Below, piece by piece: positions 24,201 to 37,375 of a DNA stretch of 64,000 bases (positions are counted from its first letter, which is position 1; each line of letters opens with the position of its first letter). The notes under the pieces were generated by a model, which saw nothing but the letters and a program-made list of their open reading frames with translations, searched no databases and was not told where the DNA came from. Source of the DNA: Eledone cirrhosa. Its lineage: Eukaryota. Position numbers and translations under genes: made by a program. The stretch covers positions 2,356,001-2,420,000 of the forward strand of contig CAXHJY010000096.1 in the NCBI GenBank assembly GCA_964016885.1, in the 5' to 3' direction.

Positions 24201-27200
24201 AGAGGTAATTTCTAGCCGTCCAAGGGGAGATAATTTCCAGCCGTCCAAGGGGAGATAATTTCCAGCCGTCCAAGGGGAGATAATTTTTTTTAAAAAATCA
24301 GGCGGAGATAATTTGTAAAAAAAATCAGGGGGAGATAATTTGTAAACAAAATCAGGGGGAGATAATTTGTAAAAAAAAATCAGGGGGAGATAATTTGTAA
24401 AAAAAATTAGGCGTAGATAATTTGTAAAAAAAAATCAGGGGGAGATAATTTGTAAAAAAAAATCAGGGGGAGATAATTTGTTTAAAAAATCAAGGGGAGA
24501 TAATTTGCAGCCGTCCAAGGGGAGATAATTTTCAGCCGTCCAAGGAGAGGTAATTTCTAGCCGTTCAAGGAGGGATAATTTCCAGCCGTCCAAGGGGAGA
24601 TAATTTCCAGCCGTCCAAGGGGAGATAATTTTTTTTAAAAAATCAGGCGGAGATAATTTGTAAAAAAAAATCAGGGGGAGATAATTCGTAAAAAAAAATC
24701 AGGGGGAGATAATTTGTAAAAAAAAATCAGGGGGAGATAATTTGTAAAAAAAATCAAGGGGAGATAATTTCCAGCCGTCCAAGGGGAGGTAATATCTAGC
24801 CGTCCAAGGGGAGATAATTTCCAGCCGTCCAAGGGGAGATAATTTCCAGCCGTCCAAGGGGAGATAATTTCCAGCCGTCCAAGGAGACATATTTTCCAGC
24901 CGTCCAAGGCGAGGTAATTTCTAGCCGTCCAAGGGGAGATAAATTCCAGCCTCCAAGGGGAGATAATTTCCAGCCAGCCAAGGGGAGATAATTTGTAAAA
25001 AAATCAGGGGGAGATAATTTGTAAAAAATATCAGGGAGATAATTTGTAAAAAAAAATCAGGGGGAGATAATTTGTAAAAAAAATCAGGGGGAGATAATTT
25101 GTAAAAAAAAATCAGGGGGAGATAATTTGTAAAAAAAATCAAGGGGAGATAATTTCCAGCCGTCCAAGGGGAGATAATTTTCAGCCGTCCAAGGAGAGGT
25201 AATTTCTAGCCGTCCGAGGAGAGATAATTTCCAGCCGTCCAAGGGGAGATAATTTCCAGCCGTCCAAGGGGAGATAATTTCCAGCCGTCCAAGGAGACAT
25301 ATTTTCCAGCCGTCCAAGGAGAGGTAATTTCTAGCCATCCAAGGGGAGATAAATTCCAGCCTCCAAGGGGAGATAATTTCCAGCCAGCCAAGGGGAGATA
25401 ATTTGTAAAAAAATCAGGGGGAGATAATTTGCAAAAAAAATCAGGGGGAGATAATTTGTAAAAAAATCAGGGGGAGATAATTTGTAAAAAATAATCAGGG
25501 GGAGATAATTTCCAGCCGTCGAAGGGGAGATAATTTAAAAAAAAATCAGGCGGAGATAATTTGTAAAAAAAAATCAGGGGGAGATAATTTGTAAAAAAAA
25601 ATCAGGGGGAGATAATTTGTAAAATAAATCAAGGGGAGATAATTTCCAGCCGTCCAAGGGGAGATAATTTTCAGCCGTCCAAGGGGAGATAATTTCCCGC
25701 CAGCCAAGGGAAGATAATATTTAAAAAAATCAGGCGGAGATAATTTGTAAAAAAAATCAGGGGGAGATAATTTGTAAAAAAATCAGGGGGAGATAATTTG
25801 TAAAAAAAAATCAGGGGGAGATAATTTGTAAAAAAAATCAGGGGGAGATAATTTGTAAAAAAAAATCAGGGGTAGATAATTTGTAAAAAAAAATCAGGGG
25901 GAGATAATTTGTAAAAAAAAATCAGGGGGAGATAATTTGTAAAAAAAATGAAAGGGGTGATAATATCCAGCCGTCCAAGGGGAGATAATTTCCAGCCGTC
26001 CAAGGGGAGATAATTTCCAGCCGTCCAAGGGGAGATAATTTCCATCCTTCCAAGGGGATATAATTTCCAGCCGTCCAAGGGGAGATAATTTCCATCCTTC
26101 CAAGGGGATATAATTTCCAGCCGTCCAAGGGGAGATAATTTTCAGCCGTCCAAGGAGAGGTAATTTCTAGCCGTCCAAGGAGAGATAATTTCCAGCCGTC
26201 CAAGGGGAGATAATTTCCAGCCGTCCAAGGGGAGATAATTTCCAGCCGTCCAAGGAGACATATTTTCCAGCCGTCCAAGGAGAGGTAATTCCTAGCCGTC
26301 CAAGGGGAGATAAATTCCAGCCTCCAAGGGGAGATAATTTCCAGCCAGCCAAGGGGAGATCATTTGTAAAAAAAATCAGGGGGAGATAATTTGTAAAAAA
26401 AATCAGGGGGAGATAATTTGTAAAAAAAAATCAGAGGGAGATAATTTGTAAAAAATAATCAGGGGGAGATAATTTGTAAAAAAAATCAAGGGGAGATAAT
26501 TTCCAGCCGTCCAAGGGGAGATAATTTTCAGCCGTCCAAGGGGAGATAATTTCCCGCCAGCCAAGGGAAGATAATATTTAAAAAAATTAGGCGGAGATAA
26601 TTTGTAAAAAAAATCAGGGGGAGATAATTTGTAAAAAAATCAGGGGGAGATAATTTGTAAAAAAAATCAGGGGGAGATAATTTGTAAAAAAAAATCAGGG
26701 GTAGATAATTTGTAAAAAAAAATCAGGGGGAGATAATTTGTAAAAAAAATCAGGGGGAGATAATTTGTAAAAAAAATCAGGGGGAGATAATTTGTAAAAA
26801 AAAATCAGGGGTAGATAATTTGTAAAAAAAAATCAGGGGGAGATAATTTGTAAAAAAAATCAAGGGGAGATAATTTCCAGCCGTCCAAGGGGCTATAATT
26901 TCCAGCGTCCAAGGGGAGATAATTTCCAGCCAGCGAAGGGGAGATAATTTTTTTTTCAAAATCATTGGGAGATTTGTAAAAAAAATCAGGGGGAGATAAT
27001 TTGTAAAAAAAATCAAGGGGAGATAATTTCCAGCCGTCCAAGGGGAGGTAATATCTAGCCGTCCAAGGGGAGATAATTTCCAGCCGTCCAAGGGTAGATA
27101 ATATCCAGCCGTCCAAGGACATATTTTCCAGCCGTCCAAGGAGAGGTAATTTCTAGCCGTCCAAGGGGAGATAAATTCCAGCCTCCAAGGGGAGATAATT

Positions 27201-27416
27201 TCCAGCCAGCCAAGGGGAGATAATTTGTAAAAAAATCAGGGGGAGATAATTTGTAAAAAAAATCAGGGGGAGATAATTTGTAAAAAAAAATCAGGGGGAG
27301 ATAATTTGTAAAAAAAATCAGGGGGAGATAATTTGTAAAAAAATCAGGGGGAGATAATTTGTAAAAGAAAAATCAGGGGGAGATAATTTGTAAAAAAAAT
27401 CAGGGGGAGATAATTT
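15175..27416 (+). repeat. Higher-order copy of ~854-13533 (period ~13.8-14.3 kb)
   Basis: ORF offsets are 14321 (1091/15412), 13909 (1916/15825), 13884, 13829, 13827 (10844/24671) and 13883 (12894/26777). Similarity breaks at ~27417. Confidence 0.93.
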
Positions 27417-28115
27417 GTAAAAAAAAATCAGGGGTAGATAATTTGTAAAAAAAAATCAGGGGGAGATAATTTGTAAAAAAAATCAGAGGGAGATAATTTG
27501 TAAAAAAAATGAAAGGGGAGATAATATCCAGCCGTCCAAGGGGAGATAATTTCCAGCCGTCCAAGGGGAGATAATTTCCAGCCGTCCAAGGGGAGATAAT
27601 TTCCATCCTTCCAAGGGGATATAATTTCCAGCCGTCCAAGGGGAGATAATTTCCCGCCAGCCAAGGGAAGATAATTTTTAAAAAAATCAGGCGGAGATTG
27701 TAAAAAAAATCAGGGGGGAGATAATTTGTAAAAAAATCAGGGGGAGATAATTTGTAAAAAAAAATCAGGGGGAGATAATTTGTAAAAAATAATCAGGGGG
27801 AGATAATTTGTAAAAAAAAATCAAGGGGAGATAATTTCCAGCCGTCCAAGGGGAGATAATTTCCCGCCAGCCAAGGGAAGATAATATTTAAAAAAATTAG
27901 GCGGAGATAATTTGTAAAAAAAATCAGGGGGAGATAATTTGTAAAAAAATCAGGGGGAGATAATTTGTAAAAAAAATCAGGGGGAGATAATTTGTAAAAA
28001 AAATCATGGGGAGATAATTTGTAAAAAAAAATCAGGGGTAGATAATTTGTAAAAAAAAATCAGGGGGAGATAATTTGTAAAAAAAAATCAGGGGGAGATA
28101 ATTTGTAAAAAAATC

Positions 28116-28660
28116 AAGGGGAGATAATTTCCAGCCGTCCAAGGGGAGATAATTTTCAGCCGTCCAAGAAGAGGTAATTTCTAGCCGTCCAAGGGGAGAT
28201 AATTTCCAGCCGTCCAAGGGGAGGTAATTTCCAGCCGTCCAAGGGGAGATAATTTTTAAAAAAAAATCAGGCGGAGATAATTTGTAAAAAAAATCAAGGG
28301 GAGATACTTTGCAGCCGTCCAAGGGGAGATAATTTTCAGTCGTCCAAGGAGAGGTAATTTCTAGCCGTCCAAGGGGAGATAATTTCCAGCCGTCCAAGGG
28401 GAGATAATTTTCAGCCGTCCAAGAAGAGGTAATTTCTAGCCGTCCAAGGGGAGATAATTTCCAGCCGTCCAAGGGGAGGTAATTTCCAGCCGTCCAAGGG
28501 GAGATAATTTTTAAAAAAAAATCAGGCGGAGATAATTTGTAAAAAAAATCAAGGGGAGATACTTTGCAGCCGTCCAAGGGGAGATAATTTTCAGTCGTCC
28601 AAGGAGAGGTAATTTCTAGCCGTCCAAGGGGAGATAATTTCCAGCCGTCCAAGGGGAGAT
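28116..28660 (+). repeat. 255-bp tandem duplication
   Basis: Private variants AAGAAGAGGT (28166, 28421) and GAGATACTTT (28301, 28556) are each exactly 255 bp apart. Confidence 0.92.
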
Positions 28661-31600
28661 AATTTCCAGCCGTCCAAGGGGAGATAATTTTTTTTTAAAA
28701 ATCAGGCGGAGATAATTTGTAAAAAAAATCAGGGGGAGATAATTTGTAAACAAAATCAGGGGGAGATAATTTGTAAAAAAAAATCAGGGGGAGATAATTT
28801 GTAAAAAAAATCAAGGAGAGATAATTTCCAGCCGTCCAAGGGAAGATAATTTCCAGCCGTCCAAGGAGACATATTTTCCAGCCGTCCAAGGCGAGGTAAT
28901 TTCTAGCCGTCCAAGGGGAGATAAATTCCAGCCTCCAAGGGGAGATAATTTCCAGCCAGCCAAGGGGAGATAATTTGTAAAAAAATCAGGGGGAGATAAT
29001 TTGTAAAAAATATCAGGGAGATAATTTGTAAAAAAAAATCAGGGGGAGATAATTTGTAAAAAAAATCAGGGGGAGATAATTTGTAAAAAAAAATCAGGGG
29101 GAGATAATTTGTAAAAAAAATCAAGGGGAGACAATTTCCAGCCGTCCAAGGGGAGATAATTTTCAGCCGTCCAAGGAGAGGTAATTTCTAGCCGTCCGAG
29201 GAGAGATAATTTCCAGCCGTCCAAGGGGAGATAATTTCCAGCCGTCCAAGGGGAGATAATTTCCAGCCGTCCAAGGAGACATATTTTCCAGCCGTCCAAG
29301 GAGAGGTAATTTCTAGCCGTCCAAGGGGAGATAAATTCCAGCCTCCAAGGGGAGATAATTTCCAGCCAGCCAAGGGGAAATAATTTGTAAAAAAATCAGG
29401 GGGAGATAATTTGCAAAAAAAATCAGGGGGAGATAATTTGTAAAAAAAATCAGGGGGAGATAATTTGTAAAAAATAATCAGGGGGAGATAATTTCCAGCC
29501 GTCCAAGGGGAGATAATTTAAAAAAAAATCAGGCGGAGATAATTTGTAAAAAAAAATCAGGGGGAGATAATTTGTAAAAAAAAATCAGGGGGAGATAATT
29601 TGTAAAAAAAATCAAGGGGAGATAATTTCCAGCCGTCCAAGGGGAGATAATTTTCAGCCGTCCAAGGGGAGATAATTTCCCGCCAGCCAAGGGAAGATAA
29701 TATTTAAAAAAATCAGGCGGAGATAATTTGTAAAAAAAATCAGGGGGAGATAATTTGTAAAAAAATCAGGGGGAGATAATTTGTAAAAAAAAATCAGGGG
29801 GAGATAATTTGTAAAAAAAATCAGGGGGAGATAATTTGTAAAAAAAAATCAGGGGTAGATAATTTGTAAAAAAAAATCAGGGGGAGATAATTTGTAAAAA
29901 AAAATCAGGGGGAGATAATTTGTAAAAAAAATGAAAGGGGAGATAATATCCAGCCGTCCAAGGGGAGATAATTTCCAGCCGTCCAAGGGGAGATAATTTC
30001 CAGCCGTCCAAGGGGAGATAATTTCCATCCTTCCAAGGGGATATAATTTCCAGCCGTCCAAGGGGAGATAATTTTCAGCCGTCCAAGGAGAGGTAATTTC
30101 TAGCCGTCCAAGGAGAGATAATTTCCAGCCGTCCAAGGGGAGATAATTTCCAGCCGTCCAAGGGAAGATAATTTCCAGCCGTCCAAGGATACATATTTTC
30201 CAGCCGTCCAAGGAGAGGTAATTCCTAGCCGTCCAAGGGGAGATAAATTCCAGCCTCCAAGGGGAGATAATTTCCAGCCAGCCAAGGGGAGATAATTTGT
30301 AAAAAAAATCAGGGGGAGATAATTTGTAAAAAAAATCAGGGGGAGATAATTTGTAAAAAAAAATCAGGGGGAGATAATTTGTAAAAAATAATCAGGGGGA
30401 GATAATTTGTAAAAAAAATCAAGGGGAGATAATTTCCAGCCGTCCAAGGGGAGATAATTTTCAGCCGTCCAAGGGGAGATAATTTCCCGCCAGCCAAGGG
30501 AAGATAATATTTAAAAAAATTAGGCGGAGATAATTTGTAAAAAAAATCAGGGGGAGATAATTTGTAAAAAAATCAGGGGGAGATAATTTGTAAAAAAAAT
30601 CAGGGGGAGATAATTTGTAAAAAAAATCAGGGGGAGATAATTTGTAAAAAAAAATCAGGGGTAGATAATTTGTAAAAAAAAATCAGGGGGAGATAATTTG
30701 TAAAAAAAATCAAGGGGAGATAATTTCCAGCCGTCCAAGGGAAGATAATTTCCAGCCCTCCAAGGGGCTATAATTTCCAGCGTCCAAGGGGAGATAATTT
30801 CCAGCCAGCGAAGGGGAGATAATTTTTTTTAAAAAATCATTGGGAGATTTGTAAAAAAAATCAGGGGGAGATAATTTGTAAAAAAAATCAAGGGGAGATA
30901 ATTTCCAGCCGTCCAAGGGGAGGTAATATCTAGCCGTCCAAGGGTAGATAATTTCCAGCCGTCCAACGGGAGATAATTTCCAGCCGTCCAAGGGTAGATA
31001 ATATCCAGCCGCCCAAGGACATATTTTCCAGCCGTCCAAGGAGAGGTAATTTCTAGCCGTCCAAGGGGAGATAATTTCCAGCCGTCCAAGGGTAGATAAT
31101 ATCCAGCCGTCCAAGGACATATTTTCCAGCCGTCCAAGGAGAGGTAATTTCTAGCCGTCCAAGGGGAGATAAATTCCAGCCGCCAAGGGGAGATAATTTC
31201 CAGCCAGCCAAGGGGAGATAATTTGTAAAAAAATCAGGGGGAGATAATTTGTAAAAAAAATCAGGGGGAGATAATTTGTAAAAAAAAATCAGGGGGAGAT
31301 AATTTGTAAAAAAAAATCAGGGGGAGATAATTTGCAAAAAAAATCAGGGGGAGATAATTTGTAAAAAAAAATCAGGGGTAGATAATTTGTAAAAAAAAAT
31401 CAGGGGGAGATAATTTGTAAAAAAAATCAAGGGGAGATAATTTCCAGCCGTCCAAGGAGAGATAATTTCCAGCCGTCCAAGGAGAGATAATTTTAAAAAA
31501 AATCAGGCGGAGATAATTTGTAAAAAAAAATCAGGGGGAGATAATTTGTAAAAAAAATCAGGGGGAGATAATTTGTAAAAAAAAATCAGGGGTAGATAAT

Positions 31601-32109
31601 TTGTAAAAAAAAATCAGGGGGAGATAATTTGTAAAAAAAAATCAGGAGGAGATAATTTGTAAAAAAAATCAAGGGGAGATAATTTCCAGCCGTCCAAGGA
31701 GAGATAATTTAAAAAAAAATCAGGCGGAGATAATTTGTAAAAAAAAATCAGGGGGAGATAATTTGTAAAAAAAAATCAGGGGGAGATAATTTGTAAAAAA
31801 AAATCAAGGGGAGATAATTTTCAGCCGTCCAAGGGGAGATAATTTCCCGCCAGCCAAGGGAAGATAATATTCAAAAAAATCAGGCGGAGATAATTTGTAA
31901 AAAAAATCAGGGGGAGATAATTTGTAAAAAAATCAGGGGGAAATAATTTGTAAAAAAAAAAAATCAGGGAGAGATAATTTTTAAAAAAAATCAGGGGGAG
32001 ATAATTTGTAAAAAAAAATCAGGGGTAGATAATTTGTAAAAAAAAATCAGGGGGAGATAATTTGTAAAAAAAAATCAGGGGGAGATAATTTGTAAAAAAA
32101 ATGAAAGAG

Positions 32110-35100
32110 GAGATAATATCCAGCCGTCCAAGGGGAGATAATTTCCAGCCGTCCAAGGGGAGATAATTTCCAGCCGTCCAAGGGGAGATAATTTCCATCC
32201 TTCCAAGGGGATATAATTTCCAGCCGTCCAAGGGGAGATAATTTCCATCCTTCCAAGGGGATATAATTTCCAGCCGTCCAAGGGGAGATAATTTTCAGCC
32301 GTCCAAGGAGAGGTAATTTCTAGCCGTCCAAGGAGAGATAATTTCCAGCCGTCCAAGGGGAGATAATTTCCAGCCGTCCAAGGGGAGATAATTTCCAGCC
32401 GTCCAAGGAGACATATTTTCCAGCCGTCCAAGGAGAGGTAATTCCTAGCCGTCCAAGGGGAGATAAATTCCAGCCTCCAAGGGGAGATAATTTCCAGCCA
32501 GCCAAGGGGAGATCATTTGTAAAAAAAATCAGGGGGAGATAATTTGTAAAAAAAATCAGGGGGAGATAATTTGTAAAAAAAAATCAGAGGGAGATAATTT
32601 GTAAAAAATAATCAGGGGGAGATAATTTGTAAAAAAAATCAAGGGGAGATAATTTCCAGCCGTCCAAGGGGAGATAATTTTCAGCCGTCCAAGGGGAGAT
32701 AATTTCCCGCCAGCCAAGGGAAGATAATATTTAAAAAAATTAGGCGGAGATAATTTGTAAAAAAAATCAGGGGGAGATAATTTGTAAAAAAATCAGGGGG
32801 AGATAATTTGTAAAAAAAATCAGGGGGAGATAATTTGTAAAAAAAAATCAGGGGTAGATAATTTGTAAAAAAAAATCAGGGGGAGATAATTTGTAAAAAA
32901 AATCAGGGGGAGATAATTTGTAAAAAAAATCAGGGGGAGATAATTTGTAAAAAAAAATCAGGGGTAGATAATTTGTAAAAAAAAATCAGGGGGAGATAAT
33001 TTGTAAAAAAAATCAAGGGGAGATAATTTCCAGCCGTCCAAGGGGCTATAATTTCCAGCGTCCAAGGGGAGATAATTTCCAGCCAGCGAAGGGGAGATAA
33101 TTTTTTTTTCAAAATCATTGGGAGATTTGTAAAAAAAATCAGGGGGAGATAATTTGTAAAAAAAATCAAGGGGAGATAATTTCCAGCCGTCCAAGGGGAG
33201 GTAATATCTAGCCGTCCAAGGGGAGATAATTTCCAGCCGTCCAAGGGTAGATAATATCCAGCCGTCCAAGGACATATTTTCCAGCCGTCCAAGGAGAGGT
33301 AATTTCTAGCCGTCCAAGGGGAGATAAATTCCAGCCTCCAAGGGGAGATAATTTCCAGCCAGCCAAGGGGAGATAATTTGTAAAAAAATCAGGGGGAGAT
33401 AATTTGTAAAAAAAATCAGGGGGAGATAATTTGTAAAAAAAAATCAGGGGGAGATAATTTGTAAAAAAAATCAGGGGGAGATAATTTGTAAAAAAATCAG
33501 GGGGAGATAATTTGTAAAAGAGAAATCAGGGGGAGATAATTTGTAAAAAAAATCAGGGGGAGATAATTTCCAGCCGTCCAAGGGGAGATAATTTTCAGCC
33601 GTCCAAGGGGAGATAATTTCCCGCCAGCCAAGGGAAGATAATATTCAAAAAAATCAGGCGGAGATAATTTGTAAAAAAAATCAGGGGGAGATAATTTGTA
33701 AAAAAATCAGGGGGAGATAATTTGTAAAAAAAAAATCAGGGGGAGATAATTTGTAAAAAAAATCAGGGGGAGATAATTTGTAAAAAAAAATCAGGGGTAG
33801 ATAATTTGTAAAAAAAAATCAGGGGGAGATAATTTGTAAAAAAAAATCAGGGGGAGATAATTTGTAAAAAAAATGAAAGGGGAGATAATATCCAGCCGTC
33901 CAAGGGGAGATAATTTCCAGCCGTCCAAGGGGAGATAATTTCCAGCCGTCCAAGGGGAGATAATTTCCATCCTTCCAAGGGGATATAATTTCCAGCCGTC
34001 CAAGGGGAGATAATTTCCATCCTTCCAAGGGGATATAATTTCCAGCCGTCCAAGGGGAGATAATTTTCAGCCGTCCAAGGAGAGGTAATTTCTAGCCGTC
34101 CAAGGAGAGATAATTTCCAGCCGTCCAAGGGGAGATAATTTCCAGCCGTCCAAGGGGAGATAATTTCCAGCCGTCCAAGGAGACATATTTTCCAGCCGTC
34201 CAAGGAGAGGTAATTCCTAGCCGTCCAAGGGGAGATAAATTCCAGCCTCCAAGGGGAGATAATTTCCAGCCAGCCAAGGGGAGATAATTTGTAAAAAAAA
34301 TCAGGGGGAGATAATTTGTAAAAAAAATCAGGGGGAGATAAATTGTAAAAAAAAATCAGGGGGAGATAATTTGTAAAAAAAATCAAGGGGAGATAATTTC
34401 CAGCCGTCCAAGGGGAGATAATTTTCAGCCGTCCAAGGGGAGATAATTTCCCGCCAGCCAAGGGAAGATAATATTCAAAAAAATCAGGCGGAGATAATTT
34501 GTAAAAAAAATCAGGGGGAGATAATTTGTAAAAAAATCAGGGGGAGATAATTTGTAAAAAAAAAATCAGGGGGAGATAATTTGTAAAAAAAATCAGGGGG
34601 AGATAATTTGTAAAAAAAAATCAGGGGTAGATAATTTGTAAAAAAAAATCAGGGGGAGATAATTTGTAAAAAAAAATCAGGGGGAGATAATTTGTAAAAA
34701 AAATGAAAGGGGAGATAATATCCAGCCGTCCAAGGGGAGATAATTTCCAGCCGTCCAAGGGGAGATAATATCCAGCCGTCCAAGGGGAGATAATTTCCAT
34801 CCTTCCAAGGGGATATAATTTCCAGCCGTCCAAGGGGAGATAATTTCCATCCTTCCAAGGGGATATAATTTCCAGCCGTCCAAGGGGAGATAATTTTCAG
34901 CCGTCCAAGGAGAGGTAATTTCTAGCCGTCCAAGGAGAGATAATTTCCAGCCGTCCAAGGGGAGATAATTTCCAGCCGTCCAAGGGGAGATAATTTCCAG
35001 CCGTCCAAGGAGACATATTTTCCAGCCGTCCAAGGAGAGGTAATTCCTAGCCGTCCAAGGGGAGATAAATTCCAGCCTCCAAGGGGAGATAATTTCCAGC

Positions 35101-35120
35101 CAGCCAAGGGGAGATAATTT
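32110..35120 (+). repeat. Copy of ~12075-15085 (offset 20036)
   Basis: ORF pairs 12284/32320, 12894/32930, 13755/33791 and 14886/34922. GATCATTT and TCAGAGGG variants are shared. Confidence 0.9.
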
Positions 35121-36821
35121 GTAAAAAAATCAGGGGGAGATAATTTGTAAAAAAAATCAGGGGGAGATAATTTGTAAAAAAAAATCAGGGGTAGATAATT
35201 TGTAAAAAAAAATCAGGGGGAGATAATTTGTAAAAAAATCAAGGGGAGATAATTTCCAGCCGTCCAAGGGAAGATAATTTCCAGCCCTCCAAGGGGCTAT
35301 AATTTCCAGCGTCCAAGGGGAGATAATTTCCAGCCAGCGAAGGGGAGATAATTTTTTTAAAAAAATCATTGGGAGATTTGTAAAAAAAATCAGGGGGAGA
35401 TGATTTGTAAAAAAAATCAAGGGGAGATAATTTCCAGCCGTCCAAGGGGAGGTAATATCTAGCCGTCCAAGGGTAGATAATTTCCAGCCGTCCAACGGGA
35501 GATAATTTCCAGCCGTCCAAGGGTAGATAATATCCAGCCGCCCAAGGACATATTTTCCAGCCGTCCAAGGAGAGGTAATTTCTAGCCGTCCAAGGGGAGA
35601 TAATTTCCAGCCGTCCAAGGGTAGATAATATCCAGCCGTCCAAGGAGAGGTAATTTCTAGCCGTCCAAGGGGAGATAAATTCCAGCCTCCAAGGGGAGAT
35701 AATTTCCAGCCAGCCAAGGGGAGATAATTTGTAAAAAAATCAGGGGGAGATAATTTGTAAAAAAAATCAGGGGGAGATAATTTGTAAAAAAAAATCAGGG
35801 GGAGATAATTTGTAAAAAAAAATCAGGGGGAGATAATTTGCAAAAAAAATCAGGGGGAGATAATTTGTAAAAAAAAATCAGGGGTAGATAATTTGTAAAA
35901 AAAAATCAGGGGGAGATAATTTGTAAAAAAAAATCAGGGGGAGATAATTTGTAAAAAAAATCAAGGGGAGATAATTTCCAGCCGTCCAAGGAGAGATAAT
36001 TTAAAAAAAAATCAGGCGGAGATAATTTGTAAAAAAAAATCAGGGGGAGATAATTTGTAAAAAAAAATCAGGGGGAGATAATTTGTAAAAAAAAATCAGG
36101 GGGAGATAATTTGTAAAAAAAATCAGGAGGAGATAATTTGTAAAAAAAATCAAGGGGAGATAATTTCCAGCCGTCCAAGGAGAGATAATTTAAAAAAAAA
36201 TCAGGCGGAGATAATTTGTAAAAAAAAATCAGGGGGAGATAATTTGTAAAAAAAAATCAGGGGGAGATAATTTGTAAAAAAAAATCAAGGGGAGATAATT
36301 TCCAGCCGTCCAAGGGGAGATAATTTTCAGCCGTCCAAGGAGAGGTAATTTCTAACCGTCCGAGGAGAGATAATTTCCAGCCGTCCAAGGGGAGATAATT
36401 TCCAGCCGTCCAAGGGGAGATAATTTCCAGCCGTCCAAGGAGACATATTTTCCAGCCGTCCAAGGAGAGGTAATTTCTAGCCGTCCAAGGGGAGATAAAT
36501 TCCAGCCTCCAAGGGGAGATAATTTCCAGCCAGCCAAGGGGAGATAATTTGTAAAAAAATCAGGGGGAGATAATTAGCAAAAAAAATCAGGGGGAGATAA
36601 TTTGTAAAAAAAATCAGGGGGAGATAATTTGTAAAAAATAATCAGGGGGAGATAATTTCCAGCCGTCCAAGGGAAGATAATTTCCAGCCCTCCAAGGGGC
36701 TATAATTTCCAGTGTCCAAGGGGAGATAATTTCCAGCCAGCGAAGGGGAGATAATTTTTTTTAAAAAATCATTGGGAGATTTGTAAAAAAAATCAGGGGG
36801 AGATAATTTGTAAAAAAAATC

Positions 36822-37375
36822 AAGGGGAGATAATTTCCAGCCGTCCAAGGGGAGGTAATATCTAGCCGTCCAAGGGGAGATAATTTCCAGCCGTCCAAGG
36901 GGAGATAATTTCCAGCCGTCCAAGGGTAGATAATTTCCAGCCGTCCAACGGGAGATAATTTCCAGCCGTCCAAGGGTAGATAATATCCAGCCGCCCAAGG
37001 ACATATTTTCCAGCCGTCCAAGGAGAGGTAATTTCTAGCCGTCCAAGGGGAGATAATTTCCAGCCGTCCAAGGGGAGGTAATATCTAGCCGTCCAAGGGT
37101 AGATAATTTCCAGCCGTCCAACGGGAGATAATTTCCAGCCGTCCAAGGGTAGATAATATCCAGCCGCCCAAGGACATATTTTCCAGCCGTCCAAGGAGAG
37201 GTAATTTCTAGCCGTCCAAGGGGAGATAATTTCCAGCCGTCCAAGGGTAGATAATATCCAGCCGTCCAAGGACATATTTTCCAGCCGTCCAAGGAGAGGT
37301 AATTTCTAGCCGTCCAAGGGGAGATAAATTCCAGCCTCCAAGGGGAGATAATTTCCAGCCAGCCAAGGGGAGATA
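36822..37375 (+). repeat. Longest pure type A block (~22 monomers), with an internal 173-bp duplication
   Basis: No A-tract monomer occurs in the interval. The C of the CCAACGGG variant lies at 36949 and 37122. Confidence 0.88.
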
